Origin: Bacteroidales bacterium
Lineage (GTDB): Bacteria; Bacteroidota; Bacteroidia; Bacteroidales; FEN-979
Reading direction: 5' to 3'
Length of the DNA: 64,000 nt
NCBI GenBank assembly: GCA_025355465.1
Contig: JANXZO010000046.1
Location: 666-64,665, forward strand
A model generated the notes under the pieces. The model was not told where the DNA came from, searched no databases, and was given only the letters and a program-made list of their open reading frames with translations. Made by a program: the position numbers and the translations under genes. Positions 10,175-18,748 of this stretch are shown here, in pieces; the first letter of the stretch is position 1, and every line of letters begins with the position of its first letter.

Positions 10175-10219
10175 GGAATTACAATGCAATTGCAGCTGAT
10201 TTCCCGTCTCCTCAAGCCC

Positions 10220-11647
10220 ATGACAAAGAAGAATACAGAGCGAATCCTGCTGCTACTTGTGGCTGCTGTTGCTGCAGGGCTGCTGGTGTGGTGGTTTCTC
10301 TACGATCCTTCGGGGAAATTCTCCCTCTCCGTGCCGGGGATGGACCACCGTAAAAAGGGGCTTCCGGGACAGGGGGCGCCGGTAAAGATCGGGACACTCT
10401 TCACCTCCTTTAAAACGGCTGACGATCAGCCCGGAACCAGCTGGCCGCGCTTCAGGGGAGAGGATTTTACGAACATCAGCAAAGAGCAGCTCCCGCTGAT
10501 CGGTAAATTTGCACAAGGCGGACCGAAAATATTGTGGAAGAAGACGCTTGGCGAAGGGCACGCAGCGCCTGCCGTTTACAAAGGAAAGATCTACCTGCTC
10601 GATTACGACGAGGTGAAAAAGGAGGACCAGCTCCGTTGCTTTATGCTGACGACCGGGGAGGAGCTGTGGCGCCGGGGTTATAATGTAAGATTGAAGCGCA
10701 ACCATGGCCTTTCGCGCACCATCCCGGCGGTAACCGAGAAGTTTGTCGTAACCATGGGTCCGCGGTGCCAGGTAATGTGCGTCGACCGTGCCACCGGAGC
10801 TTACCGCTGGGGCATTGAACTGGACCGTGAGTACAAGGCCGAAATTCCCTTCTGGTACACCGGTCAGTGCCCGATGATCGATGGCGACACGGCCATCATC
10901 GCGGTGGGAGGAACTTCGCTGATGATCGCGGTCGACTGCAACACCGGGAAAAAAGTGTGGGAGACCCCCAATCCACGGTCCTGGAAAATGTCCCACTCGT
11001 CGGTGATGCCCATGGTGGTGAACGGCCGGAAGATGTACGTATATGCTGCCATTGGCGGAATCTGCGGCATTGCGGCGAACGGCCCTGACCGAGGCAAGGT
11101 GCTGTGGGAGAATACGGAGTTCGGTCCGAACGTGATGGCCCCTTCGCCTGTGGTGATGCCCGACGGGCTGATCTTCGTCACGGCCGGCTATGGTGCAGGC
11201 GGAGCCCTGCTGAAGATCCGGGAAACGGGCGGGAAATTCACGGCGGAGGTAAAACAGCGGTACAAACCCCTGGAGGGGTTGGCTTCGGAGCAGCAGACAC
11301 CGGTTTATCAGGATGGTTATCTTTACGGTATCCTTCCGAAAGATGCGGGAGGGCTGCGAAACCAGTTTGTGGGCTGCAAGGCCACAGACTGCCAAACGAT
11401 CGTGATGAGCAGCGGCAAAGATGAACGGTTCGGACTCGGACCATACATCCAGGCCGACGGAAAATTTTATATCCTGAACGACGACGGAGAGATGACCATT
11501 GCAAAGGTCACCCCCGGTTCTTTCAAGGTACTCGATAAGGCAAAGATCATCGACGGGCAGGATTCGTGGGGCCCGATCGCCATTACGGGTGGGTATTTGC
11601 TGATGCGGGATTCGAAAACGCTGGTTTGTATGGATGTCAGACAATGA
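10220..11647 (+). CDS. Membrane-anchored PQQ-binding-like beta-propeller protein 4
   Basis: N-terminal TM helix, WPRFRGE and propeller repeats. Alternative start at 10184. Confidence 0.85.
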   Translation: MTKKNTERILLLLVAAVAAGLLVWWFLYDPSGKFSLSVPGMDHRKKGLPGQGAPVKIGTLFTSFKTADDQPGTSWPRFRGEDFTNISKEQLPLIGKFAQGGPKILWKKTLGEGHAAPAVYKGKIYLLDYDEVKKEDQLRCFMLTTGEELWRRGYNVRLKRNHGLSRTIPAVTEKFVVTMGPRCQVMCVDRATGAYRWGIELDREYKAEIPFWYTGQCPMIDGDTAIIAVGGTSLMIAVDCNTGKKVWETPNPRSWKMSHSSVMPMVVNGRKMYVYAAIGGICGIAANGPDRGKVLWENTEFGPNVMAPSPVVMPDGLIFVTAGYGAGGALLKIRETGGKFTAEVKQRYKPLEGLASEQQTPVYQDGYLYGILPKDAGGLRNQFVGCKATDCQTIVMSSGKDERFGLGPYIQADGKFYILNDDGEMTIAKVTPGSFKVLDKAKIIDGQDSWGPIAITGGYLLMRDSKTLVCMDVRQ

Positions 11648-11663
11648 GCATTTAATGTAGCCT

Positions 11664-12638
11664 ATGAAACAACGGATCATTATTGGTATCGCCCTGTTGC
11701 TGCTTCTTGTGGTGATCGGGTTCATGGTGTGGGATTTTTTCCTGAGCAGACCGGAAGGAGCCGCCAATCCTTACGCCTATGACCTGAGCGAGCTAAAAAA
11801 GAGCGACACTGCCCTCAACCGCTATGAAGAGGCACTGCAGTTTACTCCCGGACTGGAGGAGATCCACGGTATTGCGGTGGATCCGGCCGGCAGGATCTTC
11901 GTGGCCGGAAAAAACGGGGTGAAGGTGTTTGACGATTCCGGAAAGCTGTTACGGAAATTCAAATTCGACGGATATGCCGATTGCATCACCCTCGGCCTTT
12001 TCGGAAATATCCTGCTGGGGATGGGAGATCATGTGGAAATTTACAGTGCTGAAGGAAAACTCCTGGAAAAATGGAAGCCGGCCAATTCCGAATCGGTGAT
12101 CACCAGTATAGCCGCTACGGGTTTGTTCGTTTTTGTGGCTGACGCGGGAGCGAAGGTTGTTTACCGGTACGACCACAGTGGAAAGCTCTTCAACCGGATC
12201 GGGGAGAAGGACCCCGAAAACAGGATCCCCGGGTTCATCATCCCGAGTCCGTATTTCGATGTATGCATCGGAAAAAAGGGGGAGCTCTGGGTGGCCAACA
12301 CCGGCCGGCACGAACTGGAGCAGTTTTCGCCTGACGGCAGGCTTGTTACCTCGTGGGGTGTTGCCTCCATGGCCATTGAAGGCTTTGCCGGTTGCTGCAA
12401 CCCCTCCCACTTTGCCATCCTGGCCGACGGGTCGTTCGTCACTGCCGAAAAAGGAATTGAGCGGGTGAAGATCTACTCTCCCGGCGGCGTGTTGAAATGT
12501 GTTGTAGCCACACCCGAACAATTTGAAGAGGGAACCAAGGGCCTCGATCTCGCAGTGGATCCGAAAGGGCGCCTCCTTGTGCTGGATCCGGTAAGGAATC
12601 AGGTCCGGATATTTGTTGAAAAACTGAAGAAAAAGTAA
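11664..12638 (+). CDS. Membrane-anchored NHL-repeat beta-propeller protein with a GCCNP motif
   Basis: TM anchor and HGIAVD/VFVADAG/LWVANTG/DLAVD NHL blades, plus FAGCCNPSHFAI. Confidence 0.8.
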   Translation: MKQRIIIGIALLLLLVVIGFMVWDFFLSRPEGAANPYAYDLSELKKSDTALNRYEEALQFTPGLEEIHGIAVDPAGRIFVAGKNGVKVFDDSGKLLRKFKFDGYADCITLGLFGNILLGMGDHVEIYSAEGKLLEKWKPANSESVITSIAATGLFVFVADAGAKVVYRYDHSGKLFNRIGEKDPENRIPGFIIPSPYFDVCIGKKGELWVANTGRHELEQFSPDGRLVTSWGVASMAIEGFAGCCNPSHFAILADGSFVTAEKGIERVKIYSPGGVLKCVVATPEQFEEGTKGLDLAVDPKGRLLVLDPVRNQVRIFVEKLKKK

Positions 12639-12641
12639 CCG

Positions 12642-13298
12642 ATGCTGAACAGGCGCGATTTTATTCAGACCCTTGTCCGCGGATCCATCCTCGCCGGCCT
12701 GACCCTGCTTACGGGGGCGTTGGTTTACCGCTCGCGCAAGGGAGGATGTGAATCGGGGTTTGCCTGCGGGAGCTGCCCAAAGTCTGACGGTTGCAATCTG
12801 GCTGAGGCCAAAGCCTTCAGGCAAACGGTGTGGCAGCTCGACCCCGCAAAATGTATCCAGTGCGGCCGCTGCGCCACCAACTGTGTGATGTCGCCTTCGG
12901 CCGTGAAGTGTTTTCACGTTTATGCCATGTGCGGCTACTGCGACCTCTGCGGAGGTTATTTTAAACCCGAAACCAAGGATCTCACCACGGCCGCCGAACA
13001 TCAGCTGTGTCCCACAAACGCCATCAAACGCAAGTTCGTGGAGGATCCCTTTTTCGAGTACTCCATCGACAAGCCCCTTTGCATCGGTTGCGGAAAATGC
13101 GTTAAAGGATGTGGCGCTTTTGGCAACGGGTCGCTACAGCTGCAGATCGACCACCACCTCTGCCAGAACTGCAACGAGTGTTCCATCGCCCGCAGCTGCC
13201 CGTCGGAAGCATTCAGCCGGGTACCGGCCGGCAAGCCTTACCTGCTGAAGAGTTTCGGGAAGGAGCTGTTGCCTGACAAGAAAACTACCTCCGGATGA
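12642..13298 (+). CDS. Polyferredoxin (multiple 4Fe-4S) with twin-arginine-like N-terminus
   Basis: NRRDFI followed by a hydrophobic stretch; CIQCGRC, CGYCDLC, CIGCGKC and CQNCNEC motifs. Confidence 0.85.
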   Translation: MLNRRDFIQTLVRGSILAGLTLLTGALVYRSRKGGCESGFACGSCPKSDGCNLAEAKAFRQTVWQLDPAKCIQCGRCATNCVMSPSAVKCFHVYAMCGYCDLCGGYFKPETKDLTTAAEHQLCPTNAIKRKFVEDPFFEYSIDKPLCIGCGKCVKGCGAFGNGSLQLQIDHHLCQNCNECSIARSCPSEAFSRVPAGKPYLLKSFGKELLPDKKTTSG

Positions 13299-14575
13299 AA
13301 GAGCGGATGAAAAAACTGTGCTGGATCCTGCTTTTTACCCTGGTTGTGGTGAATGGCTTTGCCGTACAGCGCTTCCCCAAGCCCGAATTCGAAACGGCCT
13401 ACCTGCAGCCGCAAACCCACCAGCCTCCGCCCCGGGCCGAACTCCTGGCTGTGACAGATGTTGTGGTCCTCTTCCTGGCGCTCGCCGTCACCACCTGGCT
13501 GGTACTCAAACGCCGCTCCCGGATGGGGGTCTTCTTTATGTCGCTCGCGTCGCTGGCCTATTTCGGATTTTACCGGCAGGGGTGTGTCTGCTCCATCGGG
13601 GCGATTCAGAATGTGACACTGGCGCTCTTTGATCACTCCTTTTTCATCCCGCTCACCGTCATCGCCTTTTTTATCCTGCCGCTGATCTTCACCCTCTTTT
13701 TCGGCCGTACCTTCTGTGCCGGGGTCTGTCCTTTCGGAGCGCTGCAGGACCTGGTGGCCTTCCGGCCTGTGAAGCTGGGTTCACGACTTAACGCTGTGCT
13801 GGGGATGATTCCCTATGTTTACCTGGGACTCGCTGTGCTTTATGCCGCCACCGGAACCGATTTCATCATCTGCCGGTACGACCCCTTCGTGGGAATTTTC
13901 CGGTTCGGCGCCTCCTTCGGGATGTTCATTTTTACCGGGACGCTGCTGCTTTCGGGAATCTTCATTGCCCGCCCTTACTGCCGCTTCCTTTGTCCGTATG
14001 GGGTACTGCTCAACCGGACCAGCCGTTTCTCGCGGAAACATCTCACCATCACCCCCGCCGCATGCATTCAGTGCCGCCTTTGCGAAAACTCCTGTCCCTA
14101 CGACGCCATCGACATTCCCGTGACCGGTAAAAACCCTATGGATAAGCAGCGCCGTATGCGGAACCTGATCTTCATCATCCTGCTTGTGCCGGTACTTGTT
14201 GGAATAGGCGGCTGGACCGGAGCACGGCTTCATGAGACCCTGGCCGGCGTCAACCCGAAGGTACGGCTGGCCAGCCTGGTGATGCATCCCGAATCCTATG
14301 CCGGGATGGCAGAACCCTTCGAGATCACCGCCTTCCGCTCCGCGGGCAAACCGGTTGCGCAGCTTTACGCCGAAGCCTCCTCCGTGCTCGGCCAATTCTA
14401 TACCGGCGGCTGGATCCTGGGCGGATTTCTGGGACTGGTATTCGGGCTGGTGATCGCCGGGAGGATGCTGGCGCGGTACAATCCCGATTATGTTCCCAAC
14501 AAAGGCAACTGCTTCAGCTGTGGCCGCTGCGTGGATTATTGTCCGGTTAAAGCCACAACAAATCCACCGTCATGA
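13295..14575 (+). CDS. NapH/MauN/NosR-like integral-membrane 4Fe-4S protein
   Basis: Multiple TM helices, GRTFCAGVCPFG and RPYCRFLCPYG (CxxxCP), CIQCRLCENSCP and CFSCGRCVDYCP. Confidence 0.88.
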   Translation: MKERMKKLCWILLFTLVVVNGFAVQRFPKPEFETAYLQPQTHQPPPRAELLAVTDVVVLFLALAVTTWLVLKRRSRMGVFFMSLASLAYFGFYRQGCVCSIGAIQNVTLALFDHSFFIPLTVIAFFILPLIFTLFFGRTFCAGVCPFGALQDLVAFRPVKLGSRLNAVLGMIPYVYLGLAVLYAATGTDFIICRYDPFVGIFRFGASFGMFIFTGTLLLSGIFIARPYCRFLCPYGVLLNRTSRFSRKHLTITPAACIQCRLCENSCPYDAIDIPVTGKNPMDKQRRMRNLIFIILLVPVLVGIGGWTGARLHETLAGVNPKVRLASLVMHPESYAGMAEPFEITAFRSAGKPVAQLYAEASSVLGQFYTGGWILGGFLGLVFGLVIAGRMLARYNPDYVPNKGNCFSCGRCVDYCPVKATTNPPS

Positions 14576-16374
14576 GGAAGCTGGAACCGACCCCCCGGAA
14601 CATCAGGCTGCTGCGTAACACCGCTACGGTGAGCGGGATCTTTGCCATGGTTCTGTGCGTGCTCATCCTCATCAACTTTCTTCAGGTAAAAAGGGCCGAT
14701 CCGCTCAATACGCCGGCGTTGAAGATGCTGGTAGAACGACTGAAATCTTCGCCCGGGGACAAGCAGCTTCAGCAGGAGGTGCGCGAACTCGACCTGGTGG
14801 CGCGAAAGGCCTTCTTTACCAGCCAGTGGCAGGTGCGCACCGGTGGCTATCTTCTCTTCTTCAGCCTGTTGCTGGTGATCATCTGTTTGAAGTCGATCGA
14901 AATGATGAAACCGGTTATTCCGGAACCTCCCGGCAAGGAGGATGATTTCTGGAATGAACGGATGCTGAACCGCAAATGGGTGGCATATGCCGGTATTACC
15001 CTGATCGTATTGTCGCTGGTGGCGGCATGGCTGACCCACAACGAACTCGGGAACAACCTTCAGGCAGCCGCTTCCGGTGGTGCAATTTCGGAGGAGCCGG
15101 CAACCGGGGCAGCCTCTCCTTCAGGAAGCAGCGCTGTTCCGGCAGATTCAACCAGGGCCGACACAACGGCGAAGAGCGATACGGCAGCGGCTTCGAATCC
15201 GGTTGACGGTTTTCCGACGCTGAAGGAGATCCGGGCAAACAGCGCCTCCTTCAGAGGATTTGGCGGGAATGGTATAGATTTCCACACGAATCTGCCCATC
15301 TCCTGGGATGGCAAGAGCGGTAAAAACATCCTTTGGAAAACCGAAGTACCGCTTCCCGGATATAACTCTCCCATCGTTTGGAACGACCAGGTGTTCCTCT
15401 CCGGCGCCAGCGATGCAAAGCGTGAGGTGTACAGTTTCGATGCGAATTCCGGCAAGCTGAAATGGCGGTTTACCGTCGACAAAATTCCGGGAAGCCCGGC
15501 GGCCTCGCCGAAAGTCAACTCCGAAACCGGACAGGCGGCTCCCACCATGGCTACCGACGGACGCAGGGTTTACGCCATTTTTGCCAACGGCGACATGGTA
15601 TCCCTCGATATGGAGGGAAAGAAAATATGGGCGAAGAATCTCGGATTGCCTGTAAACCATTACGGGCACTCCTCCTCCCTGATCATGTACCACGACATGG
15701 TTATCATTCAGTATGACCAGCGAAATGCCCCCTGTGTGATGGCATTGGCCGGAAAGAGCGGTGAGGTGGTATGGAAAACAGCCAGAAATGTGAAGATCTC
15801 CTGGGCCTCCCCGATCCTTGTGAATACAGGAAAACGAACGGAGCTGATCCTGGTCGCGGAGCCTTCCATGAAGGGATACGATCCGGCTTCCGGGAAAGAG
15901 TTGTGGAGCATCGACTGTATTGGCGGAGAGGTGGGACCTTCGGCAGCATTTGTCGGTGGAATAGCCTTCTCGGTGAACGAATATTCAAAGCTGGCCGCGG
16001 TGGAGCTGGGCGAGAACCCCAGGCTGCTGTGGGAGGGAACAGAGTATCTTTCGGATATCCCGAGTCCGCTGGCTACGGAAAAATACCTCTTCCTCCTCAC
16101 CAGCTACGGAACGGCAGTTTGCTACGATGCAAAGAGCGGTGAGAAGCAGTGGGAAAAGGATTTTGGTAACCCCACCTACGCTTCGCCGATGCTGGCCGAC
16201 GGGAAGATATATCAGATGGACAAGACCGGCATTATGCACATCTTCAAACCCGATAAAGTGTATGCGTCGATTGCAGAACCCCAGCTGGGCGAGGGATCGG
16301 TGTGCACCCCGGCGTTCGGAGACGGAAGGATCTATATCCGCGGAAACCGGAATTTGTATTGTGTTGGAAGGTAG
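14572..16374 (+). CDS. Three-TM-anchored PQQ-binding-like beta-propeller protein 5
   Basis: Three N-terminal TM segments, an Ala/Ser/Pro linker, SFRGFGGNG, then propeller repeats. Confidence 0.85.
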   Translation: MRKLEPTPRNIRLLRNTATVSGIFAMVLCVLILINFLQVKRADPLNTPALKMLVERLKSSPGDKQLQQEVRELDLVARKAFFTSQWQVRTGGYLLFFSLLLVIICLKSIEMMKPVIPEPPGKEDDFWNERMLNRKWVAYAGITLIVLSLVAAWLTHNELGNNLQAAASGGAISEEPATGAASPSGSSAVPADSTRADTTAKSDTAAASNPVDGFPTLKEIRANSASFRGFGGNGIDFHTNLPISWDGKSGKNILWKTEVPLPGYNSPIVWNDQVFLSGASDAKREVYSFDANSGKLKWRFTVDKIPGSPAASPKVNSETGQAAPTMATDGRRVYAIFANGDMVSLDMEGKKIWAKNLGLPVNHYGHSSSLIMYHDMVIIQYDQRNAPCVMALAGKSGEVVWKTARNVKISWASPILVNTGKRTELILVAEPSMKGYDPASGKELWSIDCIGGEVGPSAAFVGGIAFSVNEYSKLAAVELGENPRLLWEGTEYLSDIPSPLATEKYLFLLTSYGTAVCYDAKSGEKQWEKDFGNPTYASPMLADGKIYQMDKTGIMHIFKPDKVYASIAEPQLGEGSVCTPAFGDGRIYIRGNRNLYCVGR

Positions 16375-16405
16375 TGACAAAGTAAAAAGGTGACAAAGTA
16401 CAACG
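16374..16405 (+). repeat. Imperfect 8-bp tandem repeat at a gene junction
   Basis: GTGACAAA GTAAAAAG GTGACAAA GTACAACG; contains the GTG start at 16390. Confidence 0.6.
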
Positions 16406-18747
16406 ATAATATTATTCAGCAGGTAGACCGGATCGTGGCTCGGTGTGGTCCCACTGTGGATGCTGTTATCCCGATCCTGCAAGGGATCCAGGAGGAGTTC
16501 AACCATCTGCCGGAGGCGGCCTTGAGGCGGGTATGTGAAACAACGGAGATCACACCGTCGCAGATCACGGGCATCTCCACCTTCTATTCCCAGTTCCGGC
16601 ACAGCATTGCCGGGAAGCACATCATCAGGGTTTGCACCGGAACCGCCTGTCACGTAAAGGGGGCCAACTTCGTTTACGATGCGTTCCGGCGTGAGATGAA
16701 ACTGGAACCCGGCCAGGATACGGATGCTTCTGGAATTTTCACCATCGAAAAGGTGGCCTGCCTCGGTTGCTGCACCATCGCCCCGGTGGTGAAGATCGAC
16801 GACATGGTTTATGGACATGTTACTCCTGAAAAGACGGGTGAGATCCTGAAAGACTTCCTGCAGAAACAGAGGCAAAACAAGGAAACAACCACCGGACTTC
16901 CGGTCGACGGACGGGCTTTTCAGGGTGAGATCCGCATCGGGCTCGGCTCATGCTGCATCGCCAGCGGGAGTTCGGAGGTAAAGGCTGAACTGGAGAAGAC
17001 GCTGGCCGGCACGCGGATCAATGTAGCTGTGAAGCAGGTGGGCTGCGTGGGCATCTGCAACCAGGTACCGATTCTGGAGATTGTGAAGCCCGGCGAGACC
17101 CCGGCCTATTATGCGAAGATCAAACCCGAAGAGGTTCGCGGTGTGATCCTGGATCATTTCCGGTCGGAAAGGATGAGCGATCGTCTGAAGACCGGTTTTA
17201 TGAACCTCTTTGAGAACATGCTCTCCGACGGCGCCCCCAGGTCATTTCGCAGGTATAACGAAGACCAGCGCGACACGCCGCTGACCAGCTTCCTGGGGCC
17301 GCAGATAAATATTGCGACCGAGAACCGCGGGGTCATCCGCCCCGGCGATATTGACGAATACCGGCGATCGGGTGGATTTTCGGCTCTCGAAAAATGTCAC
17401 TCCGGGTTGTTGCCGCAGCAGGTCGTCGATGAAATTTTAGCCAGCGGGTTACGTGGCCGTGGTGGCGCCGGCTTCCCCACCGGAAAGAAGTGGCAGCTGG
17501 TAAAGGATCAGGATACTACCGAAAAGTTCATCATTTGTAACGGCGACGAAGGCGACCCGGGCGCTTTCATGGACCGTATGCTGCTCGAATCTTACCCCTT
17601 CCGGGTGATCGAAGGGATGCTCATTGCGGCTTACGCAACAGGCGCAACCAAAGGAATTTTTTATATCCGGGCCGAATATCCGCTGGCCGTGAAAAGAATC
17701 GGCGATGCCCTGGCGGTTTGCCGTAAAGAGGGGATCACCGGAACAGCTGATGACGGAAACGGGTTCGCCATCCAAATCCGCATCTTCGAAGGAGCCGGCG
17801 CTTTTGTTTGCGGCGAAGAGACCGCCCTGATCGCCTCGGTGGAGGGGCGGCGCGGGATGCCTGCCATGCGGCCGCCATACCCTGCCGTGAAAGGACTCGA
17901 TGGCAAGCCCACCCTGATCAACAACGTGGAGACCCTCTCGCTGGCACCCTGGATCATCCGAAACGGTGCGGACAAATTTGCCGCCACCGGAACTGCCGGA
18001 AGCAAAGGGACGAAGGTCTTTGCCCTGGCCGGAAAGGTGAACCGCGGCGGACTGATCGAGATCCCGATGGGCATCACCATCCGCCGGATTGTTGAAGAGA
18101 TCGGAGGTGGAATAGCCGGCGGCCGGAAGTTCAAGGCGGTGCAGATCGGCGGCCCGTCCGGAGGGTGTCTTCCTGCGTCGAAGGCCGACCTGCCGGTCGA
18201 TTACGAAGCGCTCACTGCAGCCGGCGCCATGATGGGTTCGGGCGGACTGATCGTGCTGGATGAAACCGATTGTATGGTCGACATTGCCCACTACTTCCTC
18301 TCTTTCACCCAGAACCAGTCGTGCGGACGGTGTACCTTTTGCCGTATCGGCACCCGCCGGATGCTTGAGATCCTCGAGAAGATCCGCTCAGGACAGGGAA
18401 CAGATGCTGACCTTCACCATCTCGAACAATTGGCAAAAAGCACGCAGGCCGGGAGTCTGTGCGGTCTCGGAAAAACAGCCCCGAACCCGGTCCTCTCCAC
18501 CCTGCATTATTTCCGGGAGGAGTATGAAGCCCATATCCGTGGCCTCTGCCCGGCCGGTAAGTGCGCACCGCTGATCAGGTATCTGGTGAACGACAAATGC
18601 ATCGGATGCACCAAGTGTGCACAGCGCTGCCCGTCGGACGCCATTGTCTATCAGCCCTATGAAAAACACACGATCGACCTGGAGAAATGTATCAAATGCG
18701 ACATCTGCCGGCAAATTTGCCCTGTGGATGCAATAACCATAAGCTGA
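16390..18747 (+). CDS. Fused NuoE-NuoF (HydC-HydB/StnA-StnB-like) NADH-binding flavo-iron-sulfur protein
   Basis: NuoE: CTGTACH..CLGCC. Thioredoxin-like 2Fe-2S: GSCCIA..GCVGIC. NuoF: GLRGRGGAGFPTG, CNGDEGDPGAF, GAFVCGEETAL, SCGRCTFCR..CGLG. Two C-terminal 4Fe-4S motifs. Confidence 0.92.
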   Translation: MTKYNDNIIQQVDRIVARCGPTVDAVIPILQGIQEEFNHLPEAALRRVCETTEITPSQITGISTFYSQFRHSIAGKHIIRVCTGTACHVKGANFVYDAFRREMKLEPGQDTDASGIFTIEKVACLGCCTIAPVVKIDDMVYGHVTPEKTGEILKDFLQKQRQNKETTTGLPVDGRAFQGEIRIGLGSCCIASGSSEVKAELEKTLAGTRINVAVKQVGCVGICNQVPILEIVKPGETPAYYAKIKPEEVRGVILDHFRSERMSDRLKTGFMNLFENMLSDGAPRSFRRYNEDQRDTPLTSFLGPQINIATENRGVIRPGDIDEYRRSGGFSALEKCHSGLLPQQVVDEILASGLRGRGGAGFPTGKKWQLVKDQDTTEKFIICNGDEGDPGAFMDRMLLESYPFRVIEGMLIAAYATGATKGIFYIRAEYPLAVKRIGDALAVCRKEGITGTADDGNGFAIQIRIFEGAGAFVCGEETALIASVEGRRGMPAMRPPYPAVKGLDGKPTLINNVETLSLAPWIIRNGADKFAATGTAGSKGTKVFALAGKVNRGGLIEIPMGITIRRIVEEIGGGIAGGRKFKAVQIGGPSGGCLPASKADLPVDYEALTAAGAMMGSGGLIVLDETDCMVDIAHYFLSFTQNQSCGRCTFCRIGTRRMLEILEKIRSGQGTDADLHHLEQLAKSTQAGSLCGLGKTAPNPVLSTLHYFREEYEAHIRGLCPAGKCAPLIRYLVNDKCIGCTKCAQRCPSDAIVYQPYEKHTIDLEKCIKCDICRQICPVDAITIS

Positions 18748-18748
18748 C

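Noticed and set aside
10253-11767. 504-aa minus-strand ORF (likewise 11949-13001, 15985-16875 and 17449-18291)
   Set aside because: These are antisense shadows of motif-rich plus-strand genes in GC-rich coding DNA, with no recognisable motifs.
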